From contig CAJXLG010000001.1 of the NCBI GenBank assembly GCA_913055885.1, forward strand, positions 1-62,465: DNA of 62,465 nt, given 5' to 3'. The stretch comes from an uncultured Rhodospirillales bacterium. GTDB lineage: Bacteria > Pseudomonadota > Alphaproteobacteria > Rhodospirillales > CAJXLG01. Both the position numbers and the translations under genes were made by a program. The first letter of the stretch is position 1, and each line of letters opens with the position of its first letter. Shown here in pieces: positions 1 through 9,360 of the stretch. A model generated the notes under the pieces. The model saw only the letters and a list, made by a program, of their open reading frames with translations, was not told the origin of the DNA and did no database searches.

Positions 1-269
1 TCACCTCCATGGATCGCGACGGCACCAGGGAGGGCTTCAACATCCCGCTGACGCGGGCCATCGCCGACGCCGTGCCGGTGCCGGTGGTGGCCTCGGGCGG
101 CGTGGGCAATCTCGACCACTTGGTGGAAGGGGTGCGCGACGGCCACGCCAGCGCCGTCCTGGCCGCCTCCATCTTCCACTTCGGCACCTACAGCATCCGC
201 CAGGCCAAGGACCACATGCGGGCGGCGGGCGTGCCCGTGCGCCTGGATAACCGGGAGGATGCGGCATGA
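1..269 (+). CDS. hisF: Imidazole glycerol phosphate synthase cyclase subunit, 3' part (5' end outside window)
   Basis: TSMDRDGT...PVVASGGVG...[11 protein letters not shown] motifs; stop overlaps the hisE start. Confidence 0.95.
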   Translation, partial: TSMDRDGTREGFNIPLTRAIADAVPVPVVASGGVGNLDHLVEGVRDGHASAVLAASIFHFGTYSIRQAKDHMRAAGVPVRLDNREDAA

Positions 270-607
270 CCGACGAGAACGCCCCGGACGGCCGGGTGCT
301 GGACCGGCTCTTCGCCACCATTGACGAACGTCGCGACGCCGATCCGGAAAGCTCCTACACCGCCAAGCTGTTGTCGCGCGGTCGCGCCAAGGTGGCCCAG
401 AAAACCGGCGAGGAAGCCGTCGAGGCCGTCATCGCCGCCACCTCTCAGGAACCTGCGGACGTCGCCTCGGAAAGTGCCGATCTTCTGTACCATCTGCTGG
501 TGCTGTGGGCGGAATGCGGCGTGGACCCGGACCAGGTGTGGCAGGAACTGGACCGGCGCACCGGCACCTCCGGCATCACGGAGAAAAAGGCCCGCAAGCA
601 TACGTGA
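266..607 (+). CDS. hisE: Phosphoribosyl-ATP diphosphatase
   Basis: SYTAKLL...KTGEEAVE...[11 protein letters not shown] signature; follows hisF. Confidence 0.95.
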   Translation: MTDENAPDGRVLDRLFATIDERRDADPESSYTAKLLSRGRAKVAQKTGEEAVEAVIAATSQEPADVASESADLLYHLLVLWAECGVDPDQVWQELDRRTGTSGITEKKARKHT

Positions 608-635
608 AGGGGAAAAAGGGGAAAAAAGGGAAAAA

Positions 636-663
636 GCGGGGGGAACCAGAGGGTTCCCCCCGC
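636..663 (-). terminator. GC-rich hairpin followed by T-tracts on the minus strand (terminator-like)
   Basis: GCGGGGGGAACC-AGAG-GGTTCCCCCCGC perfect 12-bp stem; A-runs on its left read as U-tracts on the minus strand. Confidence 0.45.
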
Positions 664-693
664 ACCCCCCACCCGAACGGGATACGCCGTCGG

Positions 694-721
694 CGTCATG
701 CTCGGGCTCGACCCGAGCATC
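694..721. repeat. CGTC-tagged REP-like palindrome
   Basis: CGTC-ATGCTCGGG-CTCGA-CCCGAGCAT-C; matches the layout of alphaproteobacterial CGTC-type palindromic repeats. Confidence 0.6.
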
Positions 722-763
722 TGTGGGCCCGCCCACGGCTACGACAAACAAAGGAGGCGCATC

Positions 764-1126
764 ATGGCCTACGATGACAACAACGTCTTCGCCAGGATCC
801 TGCGCGGCGAAATCCCCAACGACACGGTGCACGAGGACGACCAGGTCCTGGCCTTCAAGGACATCAACCCGCAGGCCCCCGTGCACAACGTGGTCATCCC
901 CAAGGGCCGGTACACGGGCCTCAACGATTTCGCCGAGAACGCCACCGACGCCGAGATCGCCGCCTGGGTGCGTGGCCTGGCCAAAGCCGCGAAGGAGACG
1001 GGCGTGGCCGAGTCCGGCTATCGCGTTATCGTCAACTCCGGCGCCGACGGCGGCCAGGAAATCGACCACGTCCACGGCCACGTCATGGGCGGCGGGCCCA
1101 TGGGTCCCATGGTGGCGAAAGGATAG
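764..1126 (+). CDS. Histidine triad (HIT/HinT-like) nucleotide-binding protein
   Basis: MAYDDNNVFARILRGEIP start, AGGAGG RBS, HVHGH triad; usual hisE neighbour. Confidence 0.93.
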   Translation: MAYDDNNVFARILRGEIPNDTVHEDDQVLAFKDINPQAPVHNVVIPKGRYTGLNDFAENATDAEIAAWVRGLAKAAKETGVAESGYRVIVNSGADGGQEIDHVHGHVMGGGPMGPMVAKG

Positions 1127-1157
1127 AGGCTCGCCCCCGGGCGGGGCCTGACCCTCG

Positions 1158-1910
1158 ATGACCCTGGTGTCGGCGGCCCTTGCCCTGGCCGGGCTTTCCG
1201 CGATCTTCGCCGCCCTGGGCCTGGGCGGGGCCATCGTCTACGGGCCGGTGCTCGCCACGTGGTATCCCCTGCCCACGGTGGCCATTCCCCTGGCGCTTTT
1301 CCTCAACGTCCTCACCAGCGGCCGGGCGCTGGCCGCCTACGGGCCGCGGGGCTGGGTGGACTGGCGCGGCCTCTGGCCCCTGGCCGCCGTGACGGCCCTG
1401 GCGGCCCTCGCCGGCAGCCGCGGAACCCACCTGTTGCCGCCGGCGGTCGTGGCGACGGGCCTGGGAACGCTCCTGCTGGCGGTGGCCGCCTTCACCCTGT
1501 GGCGCGCATGCCACCCCCCGGCGGGCGGCGGCCTGGCCCGCGCCCCGGCCGAACGGCGTCGTCTCGTAAGCGGAACGATTGGCCTGGGCGTGGGCGTGCT
1601 GAGCGGCCTTTTCGGCATCGGCGGGGGCGTGTTCATCGGGCCCCTGTTGGTGGCGCTGGGCTACGAAGCGCGCCGCGTGGCAGGGGCCACCGCCTTCGTT
1701 TCGTGCGCGGTATCGACGGCGGGCTTCGCCGGGCACGTGCCCATGCTCGCGGCACCGTGGCCGCTGATGGCGGCCACCACCGGGGCCGTTCTCGCCGGCA
1801 GCACGGCGGGCACTCTTTGGCTGCGCCGCACCCGCCGGCCCCACTGGGTGCCCTTCGGCTATGCCCTCCTCCTGGCCGGGCTAAGCGTGACCCTGCTGGT
1901 CGGTCCATGA
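1158..1910 (+). CDS. TSUP (TauE/SafE) family membrane transporter
   Basis: Hydrophobic 250 aa with two repeats GLGGAIVYGP and GLFGIGGGVFIGP. Confidence 0.8.
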   Translation: MTLVSAALALAGLSAIFAALGLGGAIVYGPVLATWYPLPTVAIPLALFLNVLTSGRALAAYGPRGWVDWRGLWPLAAVTALAALAGSRGTHLLPPAVVATGLGTLLLAVAAFTLWRACHPPAGGGLARAPAERRRLVSGTIGLGVGVLSGLFGIGGGVFIGPLLVALGYEARRVAGATAFVSCAVSTAGFAGHVPMLAAPWPLMAATTGAVLAGSTAGTLWLRRTRRPHWVPFGYALLLAGLSVTLLVGP

Positions 1911-2077
1911 GCCCTGGAGCCGGGGATGGCGTCCGCCCCGGGGGCATCGGCGATGGCCTTGCTGCGGTTTACCGTCGCCGCGCCCTTCCCCGCCGCATCG
2001 GCCGGCTCGTAACCGGATCCAGACGGCTGCCCGATTCGACTGCCTAAAGACGGTGTGACGGTCGCGGGCCGGCCAGG

Positions 2078-2102
2078 CGCTATATACACGTGAACATAAA
2101 AT
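2078..2102 (+). promoter_or_regulatory. ModE/MopA-type Mo-box 1
   Basis: CGCTATATA-CACGTG-AACATAAAAT resembles the ATCGCTATATA-N6-TATATAACGAT consensus; upstream of modA. Confidence 0.75.
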
Positions 2103-2105
2103 CGG

Positions 2106-2134
2106 TTGACAACCGCCGGCCGGGCCCCGATCGT
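2106..2134 (+). promoter_or_regulatory. Candidate sigma70 promoter of modABC
   Basis: TTGACA-17 nt-GATCGT between the two Mo-boxes; the -10 is weak. Confidence 0.45.
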
Positions 2135-2140
2135 GGGAAC

Positions 2141-2167
2141 CGCTATATACGGCTGAACATAAAAAAT
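2141..2167 (+). promoter_or_regulatory. ModE/MopA-type Mo-box 2
   Basis: CGCTATATA-CGGCTG-AACATAAAAAAT, a near-direct repeat of box 1, 63 nt downstream. Confidence 0.75.
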
Positions 2168-2190
2168 GGCCTTGAGAGGAGAAGGGACCC

Positions 2191-2949
2191 ATGCGCCGGA
2201 TCATCCCCGCGGCCCTGTTGGCCGCCGCCGTGACCGCCGGCCCCGCCGCCGCGCAGGCCGGCTTCACCGTCTATGCCGCCGCCTCCACCACCAACGTGGT
2301 GAAGGCTCTGGCCAAGAAGTTCGAGGAGCAGACGGGCACGCCGGTCACAACCTCCTTCGCTGCCAGCGGCAGCCTCGCCAAGCAGATCGCGCAGGGGGCG
2401 CCGGCCGACGTCTACATCTCGGCCAATGTGGACTGGATGGACCATCTGGAAGAGAACGGCCACCTGGTGGACGGCACGCGCCGGGTGGTGACGCGCAACG
2501 CCCTGGTCCTGGTGGCGCCGGCCGGGGCCGACACGGCGGCGGAAGTGGCCCCGGATGCCTCGATCGGCGCCTGGCTCGGCGACGACGGCCGGCTGGCCCT
2601 GGGCGATCCGCAGTACGTGCCCGCCGGCGATTACGCCCGCACGGCCTTGAAGAATCTGGGCCTGTGGCAAAAGCTCAAGGACCGGGCGGCCCGCGCCAAC
2701 GACGTGCGGGCGGCCCTGCGGCTGGTGGAAACGTGGGCGGTGCCGCTGGGCGTGGTCTATGCCACGGACGCGGCGCTCACCGATGGCGTCCAGGTGGTGG
2801 ACACCTTCCCCGCCGACAGCTACCCGGCCATCCGCTATCCGGCGGCGCTCACGGACGCGGACTCCAGGGCCGGCCGCCGCTTCCTCGACTTCCTGACGGG
2901 CGGGACGGCGCAGAAGGTCTTCCGCAAGGCCGGGTTCCGGAAACCGTGA
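2191..2949 (+). CDS. modA: Molybdate ABC transporter substrate-binding protein
   Basis: Signal peptide; YAAAS, FAASGSLAKQI.QGAPAD, VPAG.YA, GVVYATDA motifs. Confidence 0.95.
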   Translation: MRRIIPAALLAAAVTAGPAAAQAGFTVYAAASTTNVVKALAKKFEEQTGTPVTTSFAASGSLAKQIAQGAPADVYISANVDWMDHLEENGHLVDGTRRVVTRNALVLVAPAGADTAAEVAPDASIGAWLGDDGRLALGDPQYVPAGDYARTALKNLGLWQKLKDRAARANDVRAALRLVETWAVPLGVVYATDAALTDGVQVVDTFPADSYPAIRYPAALTDADSRAGRRFLDFLTGGTAQKVFRKAGFRKP

Positions 2950-3641
2950 GCGATCTCCTGACGCCCGCGGAATGGACGGCCATCGGCCTCAGCCTGCGCG
3001 TGGCCGTCTGGGCGGTGGCGGCCAGCCTGCCGCTGGGCATCGCGGCGGGCTGGCTGCTGGCGCGGCGCAACTTCCCGGGCAAGCTCCTGGTGGACGGCCT
3101 CATCCACCTGCCCATGGTGCTGCCGCCGGTGGCCGTCGGCTACATCCTGCTTCTGTTGCTTGGCCGGAACGGGCCGCTGGGCGCCTTCCTTCACGACGCC
3201 TTCGGCATCACGGTGGCCTTCACGTGGAAGGGGGCGGCCGTGGCCTCGGCGGTGGTGGCCTTTCCCCTCATGGTGCGCGCCATCCGCCAGGCCGTGGCGG
3301 CCGCGGACCAGGGGTTGGAGGCGGCGGCCCGCACCCTGGGCGCGGGCCCGGCGCGGGTGTTTTTCACCATCACGCTGCCCCTGGCGGCGCCGGGCATCCT
3401 GACGGGAACGCTCCTGGCCTTCGCCCGCTCCCTCTCCGAGTTCGGCGCCACCATCACCTTCGTCTCCAACATTCCGGGGGAGACCCGCACCCTGCCGCTG
3501 GCCCTCTACACCCAGATCCAGACGCCGGGGGCGGAATGGCCGGCGGCCCGGCTCGCCGTCGTGTCGGTGGTCATCGCCCTGGCCGCCCTGGCGGGGTCGG
3601 AGCTGCTGTCGCGCCATCTTACCCGAAAGTTGCATGGCTAA
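2946..3641 (+). CDS. modB: Molybdate ABC transporter permease
   Basis: GTG start overlapping the modA stop; LPMVLPP, EAAARTLGA, FARSLSEFGAT. Confidence 0.95.
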   Translation: MSDLLTPAEWTAIGLSLRVAVWAVAASLPLGIAAGWLLARRNFPGKLLVDGLIHLPMVLPPVAVGYILLLLLGRNGPLGAFLHDAFGITVAFTWKGAAVASAVVAFPLMVRAIRQAVAAADQGLEAAARTLGAGPARVFFTITLPLAAPGILTGTLLAFARSLSEFGATITFVSNIPGETRTLPLALYTQIQTPGAEWPAARLAVVSVVIALAALAGSELLSRHLTRKLHG

Positions 3642-4732
3642 TGCTCGACGTATCGGTTCGCAAAAGCTTTACCGGGGTGACCATCGACGCCGCCTTCACG
3701 GCGGACGCCCCGGGCATCACGGCGCTTTTCGGCCGTTCCGGGGCCGGCAAGTCGTCGGTCATCGCCATGATCGCGGGACTCCTGCGCCCCGACACGGGGC
3801 ACGTCACGGCCGAGGGCGCGACGCTCTTCGATGCCGCGCGACGCACGGAGATGCCGCCGGAAAGGCGCCGGGTGGGCCTGGTCTTCCAGGACGGCCGCCT
3901 CTTTCCCCACCTTTCCGTGCGCCGCAACCTCCGCTACGGCATGGACCGGCTGCCCCCCGGCGACCGCCGGGTGGGCTTCGACCACGTGGTGGCCCTGCTC
4001 GGCCTGGAAAGCCTCCTGGACCGCCGCCCGGGGGCCCTGTCGGGCGGCGAAAAGCAGCGCGTCGCCATGGGCCGTGCCCTTCTTGCCAGCCCGCGCCTTC
4101 TGCTCATGGACGAGCCCCTGGCCGCCCTGGACGCCGAGCGCAAGGCGGAGGTGATGCCCTTCATCCGGCGCCTGGCCGGCGAGCTGGAAATCCCCATCCT
4201 CTACGTCAGCCACGCCACGGACGAGATCCTGGCCCTGGCCGACCGGCTGGTGCTCATGGACGATGGCCGAAGCGTCGCCGCGGGTCCCGTGGAAGACCTC
4301 ATGAGCCGCCTGGACCTGCGGCCCCTGACGGGCCGTTTCGCCGCCGGCGCGGTGGTACGGGCGACGGTGGCCGTGCCGCGTTCGGACGACGGCCTCACGG
4401 GGCTGGATTTTGCCGGCGGCCGGCTGTGGGTGCCGGCGGTGGACCAGCCGGCGGGGCGGGCGGTGCGCCTGCGCATCCATGCCCGCGACGTGGCGCTCGC
4501 CCTGACGCCGCCGGCGGATACCAGCGTGCAGAACATCTTCCCCGCCACGGTGGCCGAGATCGCCGAGGCGGAGGACGGTCAGGTGGACGTGCGCCTGGAC
4601 GCCGGCTGCCCCCTGTGGGCCCGGGTGACGCGGCGCGCCGTGCATACACTGGGCCTGGAACCGGGCCGTTCCGTCCACGCCATGATCAAGTCGGTGGCGG
4701 TGGCGCGGCGCGAGATCGCTGATCACGCGTAG
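3641..4732 (+). CDS. modC: Molybdate ABC transporter ATP-binding protein
   Basis: GRSGAGKS Walker A, LSGGEKQR, LLLMDEP, C-terminal TOBE region (SVQNIF). Confidence 0.95.
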   Translation: MLDVSVRKSFTGVTIDAAFTADAPGITALFGRSGAGKSSVIAMIAGLLRPDTGHVTAEGATLFDAARRTEMPPERRRVGLVFQDGRLFPHLSVRRNLRYGMDRLPPGDRRVGFDHVVALLGLESLLDRRPGALSGGEKQRVAMGRALLASPRLLLMDEPLAALDAERKAEVMPFIRRLAGELEIPILYVSHATDEILALADRLVLMDDGRSVAAGPVEDLMSRLDLRPLTGRFAAGAVVRATVAVPRSDDGLTGLDFAGGRLWVPAVDQPAGRAVRLRIHARDVALALTPPADTSVQNIFPATVAEIAEAEDGQVDVRLDAGCPLWARVTRRAVHTLGLEPGRSVHAMIKSVAVARREIADHA

Positions 4733-4796
4733 CCGCATTGCGCTCGGCCGGGTGGCATGCAATGGTCCGGCGCCCCGGCAGACGATCAGGGACGCC

Positions 4797-6092
4797 ATGG
4801 AATACGGGCTGACGGAACATCCCGGGCGCTGGGCCCTCGTCAACGAGGTGCACGCCCGGCCGTACGAGGAACTCAACACGCCCGAGCGCGGCTCGCACCT
4901 GGCCCTCATGAGCGGCGAGCACGCCGGCGAGGTGGAATACGAGCACCTGGTGCGCCTGTGCCGGCATTACGGCACGCCGGAGCCCGGGCCGGACACGCAC
5001 CATTTCATGGTGGACCTGGGCCCGGTGCGGGTGCGCTGGGAGCGGCACACAGAGTTCTGCACCTACACCTTCTTCCGGCAGGGCGGTTTTGACGACCCCT
5101 TCGCCCATCCCGTGATCGACTTCCTGCCGCGCGACTGGCTGGCGGCCCTGCCGGGGACGGTGCTGGCGGCGGTGCACTTCGCCCTGGAGCCGCGGGAGCA
5201 GGGCGCCGCCCGCCCGCCCGAGGCCCTGGCCGCCCTGTTCAATGGCAACACCCTCGTGGGCTCGCGCATTGCCGGCGGGGCCGGGCGCATGTATTCCGAC
5301 CTCTGGCTGCACGACGACGGCTTCGCCCGCATCCTGATCCAGGACGAGGGCTTCAACGCGCGCCAGGCGGGCCGCCACGTGCAGCGCCTGCTGGAGGTGC
5401 ACACCTACCGTCTCATGGCACTCCTGGCCCTGGACCCGGCGCGCCGGGCGGCGCCCGAGCTGTCGCGCGCGGACGCGGAGCTCAACAACATCGCCGCCGC
5501 CATGGCGGAATCCCAACAGGACCAGACCGATGCCCGCCTGCTGGAACGCCTCTCGGCGGTGGCCTCGGACATCGAGGCGGTGACGGCGGCCACCAGCTAT
5601 CGTTTCGGTGCGGCGCGCGCCTATTACAACATCGTCCAACGCCGGCTCCAGGAATTGCGCGAGGAGCGCATCCAGGGCGTGCAGCCGCTGGGGGAGTTCC
5701 TGGAGCGCCGCATGGCCCCGGCCATGCAGACGTGCGAGGAGGTGGGCGGCCGCGCCCGCGGCCTGTCCGACCGCGGCGCCCGCATGGCGGCCCTCCTGCG
5801 CGCGCGGGTGGAGGTGCAGCTGGAGACCCAGAACCAGGACCAGCTCGCCGCCATGAACCGGCGCGCCGAGCTTCAGCTCCGCCTGCAGGAAACGGTGGAG
5901 GGCCTGTCCGTGGTGGCCATCAGCTACTACGTCACCGGGCTCATCGGCTACCTCCTGAAGGGCGCCAAGGCGGGCGGCCTGCCCTTCGTCCAGCCCGACC
6001 TCTTCACCGGCATCGCGGTGCCCCTGGTGGTGGCGGCGCTGTGGCTGGGGCTCAAGCGCGCCAAACGTTTCCTGAAAGAAGAGGAGAAATAG
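4797..6092 (+). CDS. DUF3422 family membrane-anchored protein
   Basis: NEVHARP, RWERHTEF, QLRLQETVEGLSVVAISYY motifs; two C-terminal TM helices. Confidence 0.85.
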   Translation: MEYGLTEHPGRWALVNEVHARPYEELNTPERGSHLALMSGEHAGEVEYEHLVRLCRHYGTPEPGPDTHHFMVDLGPVRVRWERHTEFCTYTFFRQGGFDDPFAHPVIDFLPRDWLAALPGTVLAAVHFALEPREQGAARPPEALAALFNGNTLVGSRIAGGAGRMYSDLWLHDDGFARILIQDEGFNARQAGRHVQRLLEVHTYRLMALLALDPARRAAPELSRADAELNNIAAAMAESQQDQTDARLLERLSAVASDIEAVTAATSYRFGAARAYYNIVQRRLQELREERIQGVQPLGEFLERRMAPAMQTCEEVGGRARGLSDRGARMAALLRARVEVQLETQNQDQLAAMNRRAELQLRLQETVEGLSVVAISYYVTGLIGYLLKGAKAGGLPFVQPDLFTGIAVPLVVAALWLGLKRAKRFLKEEEK

Positions 6093-6116
6093 CGGGAACG
6101 GGCGGCTCGCGGACCG

Positions 6117-6306
6117 CCGTCATCCCGGACGTTTTTGCGACGGCCTGCGGCCGGCGCAAAAACGATCCGGGATCTGGCTGACCCTGTCCCCCTTGGGGAT
6201 CGAACACCACACAGGCCTTTTCCGGGAAACGTCCGTACCGGAATTGGACAGGTCCCGGATAACCGCCGGAGCGCGGTCGGCGCTCCGGCGGTTTCCGGGA
6301 TGACGG
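6117..6306. repeat. Inverted REP doublet (REPIN/BIME-like) with 13-bp terminal inverted repeats
   Basis: CCGTCATCCCGGA (6117-6129) and TCCGGGATGACGG (6294-6306); each end forms its own long hairpin. Confidence 0.7.
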
Positions 6307-6365
6307 TCGTTTTCGCAACCGCGCCGGCCGGCGAGGGGGAAAAGGAAAAAATGTTTGGGCGACGG

Positions 6366-9263
6366 TCAGCCGGTGGCCTGGTCCTCGGGCAGCTCGCCCG
6401 GCAGCGGCAGGCGTACGTTGTCGCGCAGAAGGGCCTCCATGTCGCCGGCGGGCAGGGGCTTGGCGAAAAGGAAGCCCTGCACGGACTCGCATTTCCTGTT
6501 GTGCAGGAAAGCCAGGTGGTCGCGGGTCTCCACGCCTTCCGCCACCACCTTGAGATTGAGAGCGTGGGCGAGGGCCAGGATGGCCTCGACAATGGCGGCG
6601 TTGTTGGCGTCGGTGGTGACGTCGAAGACGAACGCCCGGTCCACCTTCAGCTTGGTGATGGGGAAGCGCCGCAGGACGGACAGCGAGGAATAGCCCGTGC
6701 CGAAATCGTCGATGGCGCAGCTTATGCCCCGGTCCAGGAAGGTGCGCAGGACGGAGATGGCGTGGTCCGGGTCCTGCATGGCCGAGGATTCCGTCAGCTC
6801 CAGCTCCAGGTACTCGGGCGACAGGCCGGTGGAGTCCAGGATCTCGTCCAGCGTCGCCGTGAGCTGGCGGGCGTTCTGGAACTGCCGCCCCGAGATGTTC
6901 ACGGCCACCGGGATGAAACCGTAGCCGCGCTGCTGCCACTGCCGGGTGTAGTGGCAGGACTTGCGCAGGATCTGGTCGGCGATGCCGTCGATGAGGCCGT
7001 ACTCTTCCGCAACCGGAATGAAATCGCCCGGCGACACCATGCCCAGCTCCGGATTCTCCCAGCGGGCCAGGGCCTCGGTGCCGATGATCTCGCCCGTCTC
7101 CAGCGAAATCTGGGGATGGAAGAAGGGAACGAACTCGTCGTTGTCGATGGCGCGGCGCAGCCGGGCCTGCAGCGACAGGGTCTTGGCGGCGCGCTCGGCC
7201 ATTTCGTTGGTGAAGAACTGGGCGGCCCCCACGCCCTGGCCCTTGGCGCGGTGCTGGGCGGCGTCGGCGTTCTTGATGAGCAGCTCGGCGTCCGTGCCGT
7301 GCTCCGGATAGACGGCGACGCCGATGGTGACCGACAGGTCGAATTCCTGCTGCTCCACCCGCACGGGCTGGCGGAAACAGCCGCGCACGGCCTCGATCAC
7401 CTCGCTGATGTCGGCGTCCTCGACGATGCCGGTGACCATCATGAGGAAGCGGTCGCCCGAGGCCCGGGCCAGGATGTCGGGCCTGCCGAGGGCCGACTGC
7501 ATGGTTTCGGCGGCGGCCTTCAGCACCTGGTCGCCGGTGGCGTGGCCGAAGGTGGCGTTGATGATGGAAAAGCCGTCCAGGCCCAGGGAGAGGACGGCGA
7601 CGCGGGTGCCGGCGCGGTCGGCGTGCGCCTGGGCCTGCTCGAACCGTTCCACCACCAGCGACCGATTGGGAATGCCCGTGACGGGATCGTAATAGGCCAG
7701 GTAGCGCAGGCGCTCCTCGGCCTCCTTGCGGTCCGTCACGTCCAGGGTGATGCCGTCCCACACCACGGTGCCGTCGGGCTGCCGGCGCGGGCGCGACTGG
7801 CCGCGCAGCCAGCGCTGCCGGCCGTCGCGGTGGGTCACCCGCAATTCCTCCTCGAAAGGCTCCAGGGTTTCCGCCGAGCGGCCCAGGTGAGCCTCGAACT
7901 GCGCCCGGTCCTCGGGGTGCAGGGCCTCCAGGAAAAGCTCGGGCGCGGCCACCAGCTCCTCGGGCTCGACGCCCAGCACCTCGCGGCAGCCCTCGCTCAC
8001 GTAGGGGTAGGCCACGGTGCCGTCGGGCCGGCGCACGCGCTGGAAGACGATGCCGGGCAGGTTGGCGGCGATGCTGGACAGCCGCTGCTCGCTCTCGCGC
8101 AGGGCCTCCTCGGTGAGCTTGCGCACGGTGATGTCGCGACCGACGCCGACGAAGACGCGCCCCGTCTCCGTGCGCACCTCGCTCACCGCCAGCTCCAGGG
8201 GGAAGGTGGTGCCGTCGCGCCGGCGGCCCTCCGTCTCGCGCGGACCCTGGCCGACGAGTCCGGTGTCCGTGCCGGCGGCCTGGACGTGGATGTCCTCGGC
8301 GCGGGTCAGGCTGGCCGTCTCGGGCATGAGGCCCGCCACGTCCATGCCCACGAGGTCCGCCTCGGCGTAGCCGAACATCTCCCCGGCCGCCGGGTTGGCC
8401 GATTCGATGCGGCCCTCGGCGTTGATGGTTAGGATGGCGTCGGCGGCATGGTCCATCACCATTTCCACGCGCTGCTCGGCGCGCTTGCGGTCGGTGATGT
8501 CGATGAGCACGCCGTCCCACAGGATGTCGCCGTTGTTGAGGAGCTGCGGCCCGGCGGAGCCCGAAAGCCAGCGGATCTGGGAATCCCGCGTGATGGCGCG
8601 GAACTCCTCGTGGCAGGGGGTCAGGTTGGCGGCGGACCGCTGCATGGCCTCGCGGCGCGCATCGCGGTCCGCCCAGTGCACCACGTCGATGTCGCCCGCC
8701 TTGTTGAACGGCAGGTCTTCCGGCGTATAGCCCAGGATGGCCTCGGTGGCCGGGCTCAGGAACGGATAGGCAAAGCTGCCGTCGGGGTGCATGAGGCGCT
8801 GGAAAACGATGCCCGGGATGTTGTTGGCGATGCTGCCCAGGCGTTCCTCCGTCTCCAGGAACACCTCCTCCAGCTCGCGACGGCTGGTGACGTCGCGCAG
8901 GATGGCCATGTGGACCTGCTCGCCGCTCACCTCGACGCGGCTGGTGGCGCTTTCCACGAAGACCGTGCGTCCGTCGCTGCGCCGGCACGCCACGTCGCGC
9001 GTGTTGCCGAGCACGCTCACATTCTCGCCGGGGGCGGCCAGGAGGCCGCTGAAGGGGTCCTCGTCCGGGTTTTCCAGGAGATCGTAGACGGACAGGCCCA
9101 CCAGGCCGCCCGTGTACCCGAACAGGGCGTGGGCGGCCCGGTTGGCGCCGCGCACCGTGCCGTCGTCCGCCACCAGCAGGATGGCGTCGGCCGCGTGCTG
9201 GATGAGATCGCGGCATACGCCGCTCACGTCCGTCAGGGCGGGCGCTTCACTGTCCTGCGTCAT
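6366..9263 (-). CDS. Four-PAS GGDEF-EAL protein, probable c-di-GMP phosphodiesterase
   Basis: Four PAS/PAC units; [15 protein letters not shown] site reads SGDRF; intact [35 protein letters not shown]. Confidence 0.92.
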   Translation of the reverse strand: MTQDSEAPALTDVSGVCRDLIQHAADAILLVADDGTVRGANRAAHALFGYTGGLVGLSVYDLLENPDEDPFSGLLAAPGENVSVLGNTRDVACRRSDGRTVFVESATSRVEVSGEQVHMAILRDVTSRRELEEVFLETEERLGSIANNIPGIVFQRLMHPDGSFAYPFLSPATEAILGYTPEDLPFNKAGDIDVVHWADRDARREAMQRSAANLTPCHEEFRAITRDSQIRWLSGSAGPQLLNNGDILWDGVLIDITDRKRAEQRVEMVMDHAADAILTINAEGRIESANPAAGEMFGYAEADLVGMDVAGLMPETASLTRAEDIHVQAAGTDTGLVGQGPRETEGRRRDGTTFPLELAVSEVRTETGRVFVGVGRDITVRKLTEEALRESEQRLSSIAANLPGIVFQRVRRPDGTVAYPYVSEGCREVLGVEPEELVAAPELFLEALHPEDRAQFEAHLGRSAETLEPFEEELRVTHRDGRQRWLRGQSRPRRQPDGTVVWDGITLDVTDRKEAEERLRYLAYYDPVTGIPNRSLVVERFEQAQAHADRAGTRVAVLSLGLDGFSIINATFGHATGDQVLKAAAETMQSALGRPDILARASGDRFLMMVTGIVEDADISEVIEAVRGCFRQPVRVEQQEFDLSVTIGVAVYPEHGTDAELLIKNADAAQHRAKGQGVGAAQFFTNEMAERAAKTLSLQARLRRAIDNDEFVPFFHPQISLETGEIIGTEALARWENPELGMVSPGDFIPVAEEYGLIDGIADQILRKSCHYTRQWQQRGYGFIPVAVNISGRQFQNARQLTATLDEILDSTGLSPEYLELELTESSAMQDPDHAISVLRTFLDRGISCAIDDFGTGYSSLSVLRRFPITKLKVDRAFVFDVTTDANNAAIVEAILALAHALNLKVVAEGVETRDHLAFLHNRKCESVQGFLFAKPLPAGDMEALLRDNVRLPLPGELPEDQATG

Positions 9264-9360
9264 GCGCGGCGGTTCCGGCTGGTTTCAGGGCATGTCTCGG
9301 CGGTTCTCGGCGCCGGGATGGTAAAGCCTGCCCCCGGATTCGGCAACGGCCGACATGCCA

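Noticed and set aside
8130..8460. FixL-like heme PAS domain
   Set aside because: [15 protein letters not shown] resembles FixL, but the proximal His is not at the expected position after LMP
6052..9216. 1054-aa minus ORF and 765-aa plus ORF (6135-8432)
   Set aside because: Alternate-frame and antisense shadows of the PAS-GGDEF-EAL gene; long stop-free frames are expected at this GC content
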